Shown piece by piece: positions 63,880-64,000 of a DNA stretch of 64,000 bases. The notes beneath the pieces are model-generated. The model had not been told where the DNA came from. It was given only the letters and a program-made list of their open reading frames with translations, and ran no database searches. Every line of letters begins with the position of its first letter. Within the stretch, counting starts at the first letter, position 1. A program made the translations under genes and the position numbers. The stretch comes from a virus (lineage: Duplodnaviria > Heunggongvirae > Uroviricota > Caudoviricetes): the IMG/VR virus record IMGVR_UViG_3300020046_006452, positions 21,296 to 85,295 of that record, one strand, 5' to 3'.

Positions 63880-64000
63880 ATGATATCATCAGGCCCTCCC
63901 CAGCCTCCGCGGATGGTTCAGTATCTGATCGGCTTTAGTCTCTAGGCTCTAGAACCATAGAAAGATAAGAGGCCCATCTGAATATCCCACACCCACACTC

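Overview
The window reads as part of a large tailed-phage genome, probably a myovirus distantly related to T4. Nearly all coding is on the minus strand. Minus-strand order is: distal tail and baseplate module (1-16.7 kb; gp25/W-like wedge protein, J/gp6-like protein, two large Ig-domain fibre proteins, tape-measure-like protein, M15 peptidase) -> gp55-like late sigma factor, HD hydrolase, metallopeptidase + GNAT and many small ORFs (17-27 kb) -> CobT-like vWA / CobS-like MoxR AAA+ pair (27.2-31.4 kb) -> about 10 small 'early-type' genes, each with a near-identical promoter/operator/stem-loop cassette (31.4-35 kb; again at 46.5-47 kb) -> SPFH/flotillin-like gene and many small ORFs including an 18-bp tandem-repeat hexapeptide gene (35-55 kb) -> a tRNA island (44.2-45.3 kb and 55.2-63.9 kb) with about 17 canonical tRNAs, several aberrant tRNA-like elements, HNH homing endonucleases and ORF-free gaps. 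Promoters match the Bacteroidota sigma-A consensus (TGTTG-N19/20-TAnnTTTG), often abutting the ATG (leaderless), so the host is probably a Bacteroidota member. No CRISPR arrays or rRNA genes were recognised. tRNA folds were done by eye and tRNA/promoter coordinates may be off by 1-2 nt. Many starts in the ORF track are GTG/TTG, and I moved a few to ATG where a promoter motif or overlap argued for it.
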